A DNA stretch of 64,000 nt from Podarcis gaigeae (lineage: Eukaryota). Location: NCBI GenBank assembly GCA_964106915.2, contig OZ066914.1, one strand, 5' to 3'. The position numbers and the translations under genes are program-made. Below are positions 62,890-64,000 of this stretch, piece by piece. The notes under the pieces are model-generated. The model saw only the letters and a list, made by a program, of their open reading frames with translations. It was not told where the DNA came from and did no database searches. Each line of letters opens with the position of its first letter. Position 1 is the stretch's first letter.

Positions 62890-63400
62890 TCTCCTGCAGT
62901 TTTTTGAATTGCCCTGGGTCTGTACGGCTAGGGCAGAACACTCTTTGACCATCATCCCAGGGGGATGAGCCGCCATATTGGACAGCGCTGTGCACTTTCT
63001 TGTGGAAGAAAACAATCTTAGGTGAGCCACCTATCTTGCTGAGCAGTGTGAAGAGTCCTTTTCAGCTGAAGAGATCAAAGGCCTTTGTCAGGCCTATGAA
63101 GGTGATGTACAAGGGGCGTCTCTGCTCTCGGCACTTCTCCTGCAGTTGATGCAGTGAAAAAATCATGTTGACTGTTGACCTCTGAGCACTAAAGGTACAC
63201 TGTGACTCGGGAAAGACTTGTAAGCAATTGACTGTAATCTGTTGAGAACTATATGGGCAAAGGCTCAGCTCAATTTACTGGCCCGCATACAGCTCATTAG
63301 TGTCACCAGACTCTGGTCTGGCATCTTCACAGCATCACCTGATTTCAGGTGGAATAGAGAGACAGCTGGGAATAATCTGCATATTGTTGACATTGTTTCC
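62890..63400 (-). mobile_element. Degenerate RTE-clade LINE reverse-transcriptase fragment
   Basis: Minus strand reads VFPESQCTF..QRSTVNMIFSLHQLQEKCREQRRPLYITFIGLTKAFDL. Confidence 0.8.
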
Positions 63401-64000
63401 CAAATGATGTTCCCCAGCAGTTTCATATAGGTACTTAACAACACGGAGGTTAAGATGGATCCTTGCACAGCCTCAAAGCAAAATTGCAAGGGGCCTATCA
63501 AAAATGCCTCAGGATATCTTGATGATGCAGAGTGATTTTGAACAATAAATGGCCAATATTTACAGAACACGAAGTTCTATCATTAAGACATACTGGGAGT
63601 ATTCATTTCATTCATACCAGCATTTATATGCCACTTTTCATCAACACAAAGGGCTATTAATTGTGGTTATATGCAACAAAGGCTATGTGGTGGATAGAAA
63701 AGTCCAAATACATTCATTAGAAACATCAATTCAGAATCTTTCAAGGGTTATCCCAACCTGCTCTCTGCATACCCCATTTACTCGTCTTAGGCTGGGCCAA
63801 TTTTTAGGCTCCATACACATTCACAAAGCAATGATTCAATTCCTCTTTCAGGCTTCAGATGACACCCTCAAAACAAGGATTTTCTCCCTTATTGCCTGCT
63901 TTATATTCTTCTGCACCCTTATGTGTTTAAAGCAGAGATTAAATCAAAATTCTGATGCTCCTTAAACACAATTTCAAGCCACTGAGACTTGTTGCCAAAG

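Overview
Vertebrate genomic DNA, most likely from a lacertid lizard (inferred from Sauria SINE, Squam3-like SINE, BovB and L2 repeat ends). The window holds the conserved amniote gene block TECPR2(-, 5' end only) / CINP(+, complete, 5 coding exons, 205 aa) / ZNF839(-, 8 exons) / tRNA-Ile(AAT)(-) / MOK(+, complete, 12 exons, 419 aa) / WDR20(-, exon 2 to end, two alternative C-termini). It also has a bidirectional CpG-island promoter, many hAT and Tc1/mariner MITEs, SINE/LINE remnants and a 168-N gap. I found no evidence of a wholly new multi-gene system. The main oddities are: (1) ZNF839 looks partly decayed, with an in-frame TAG five codons into the last exon followed by 142 open codons, a missing exon-1 donor, and a weak GAG acceptor; (2) a near-perfect 70-bp fold-back hairpin lies between the convergent CINP and ZNF839 3' ends, next to back-to-back opposite-strand polyA signals; (3) a BovB fragment has a 5' inversion. 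Homology statements come from recalled human protein sequences and repeat consensi, not from searches.
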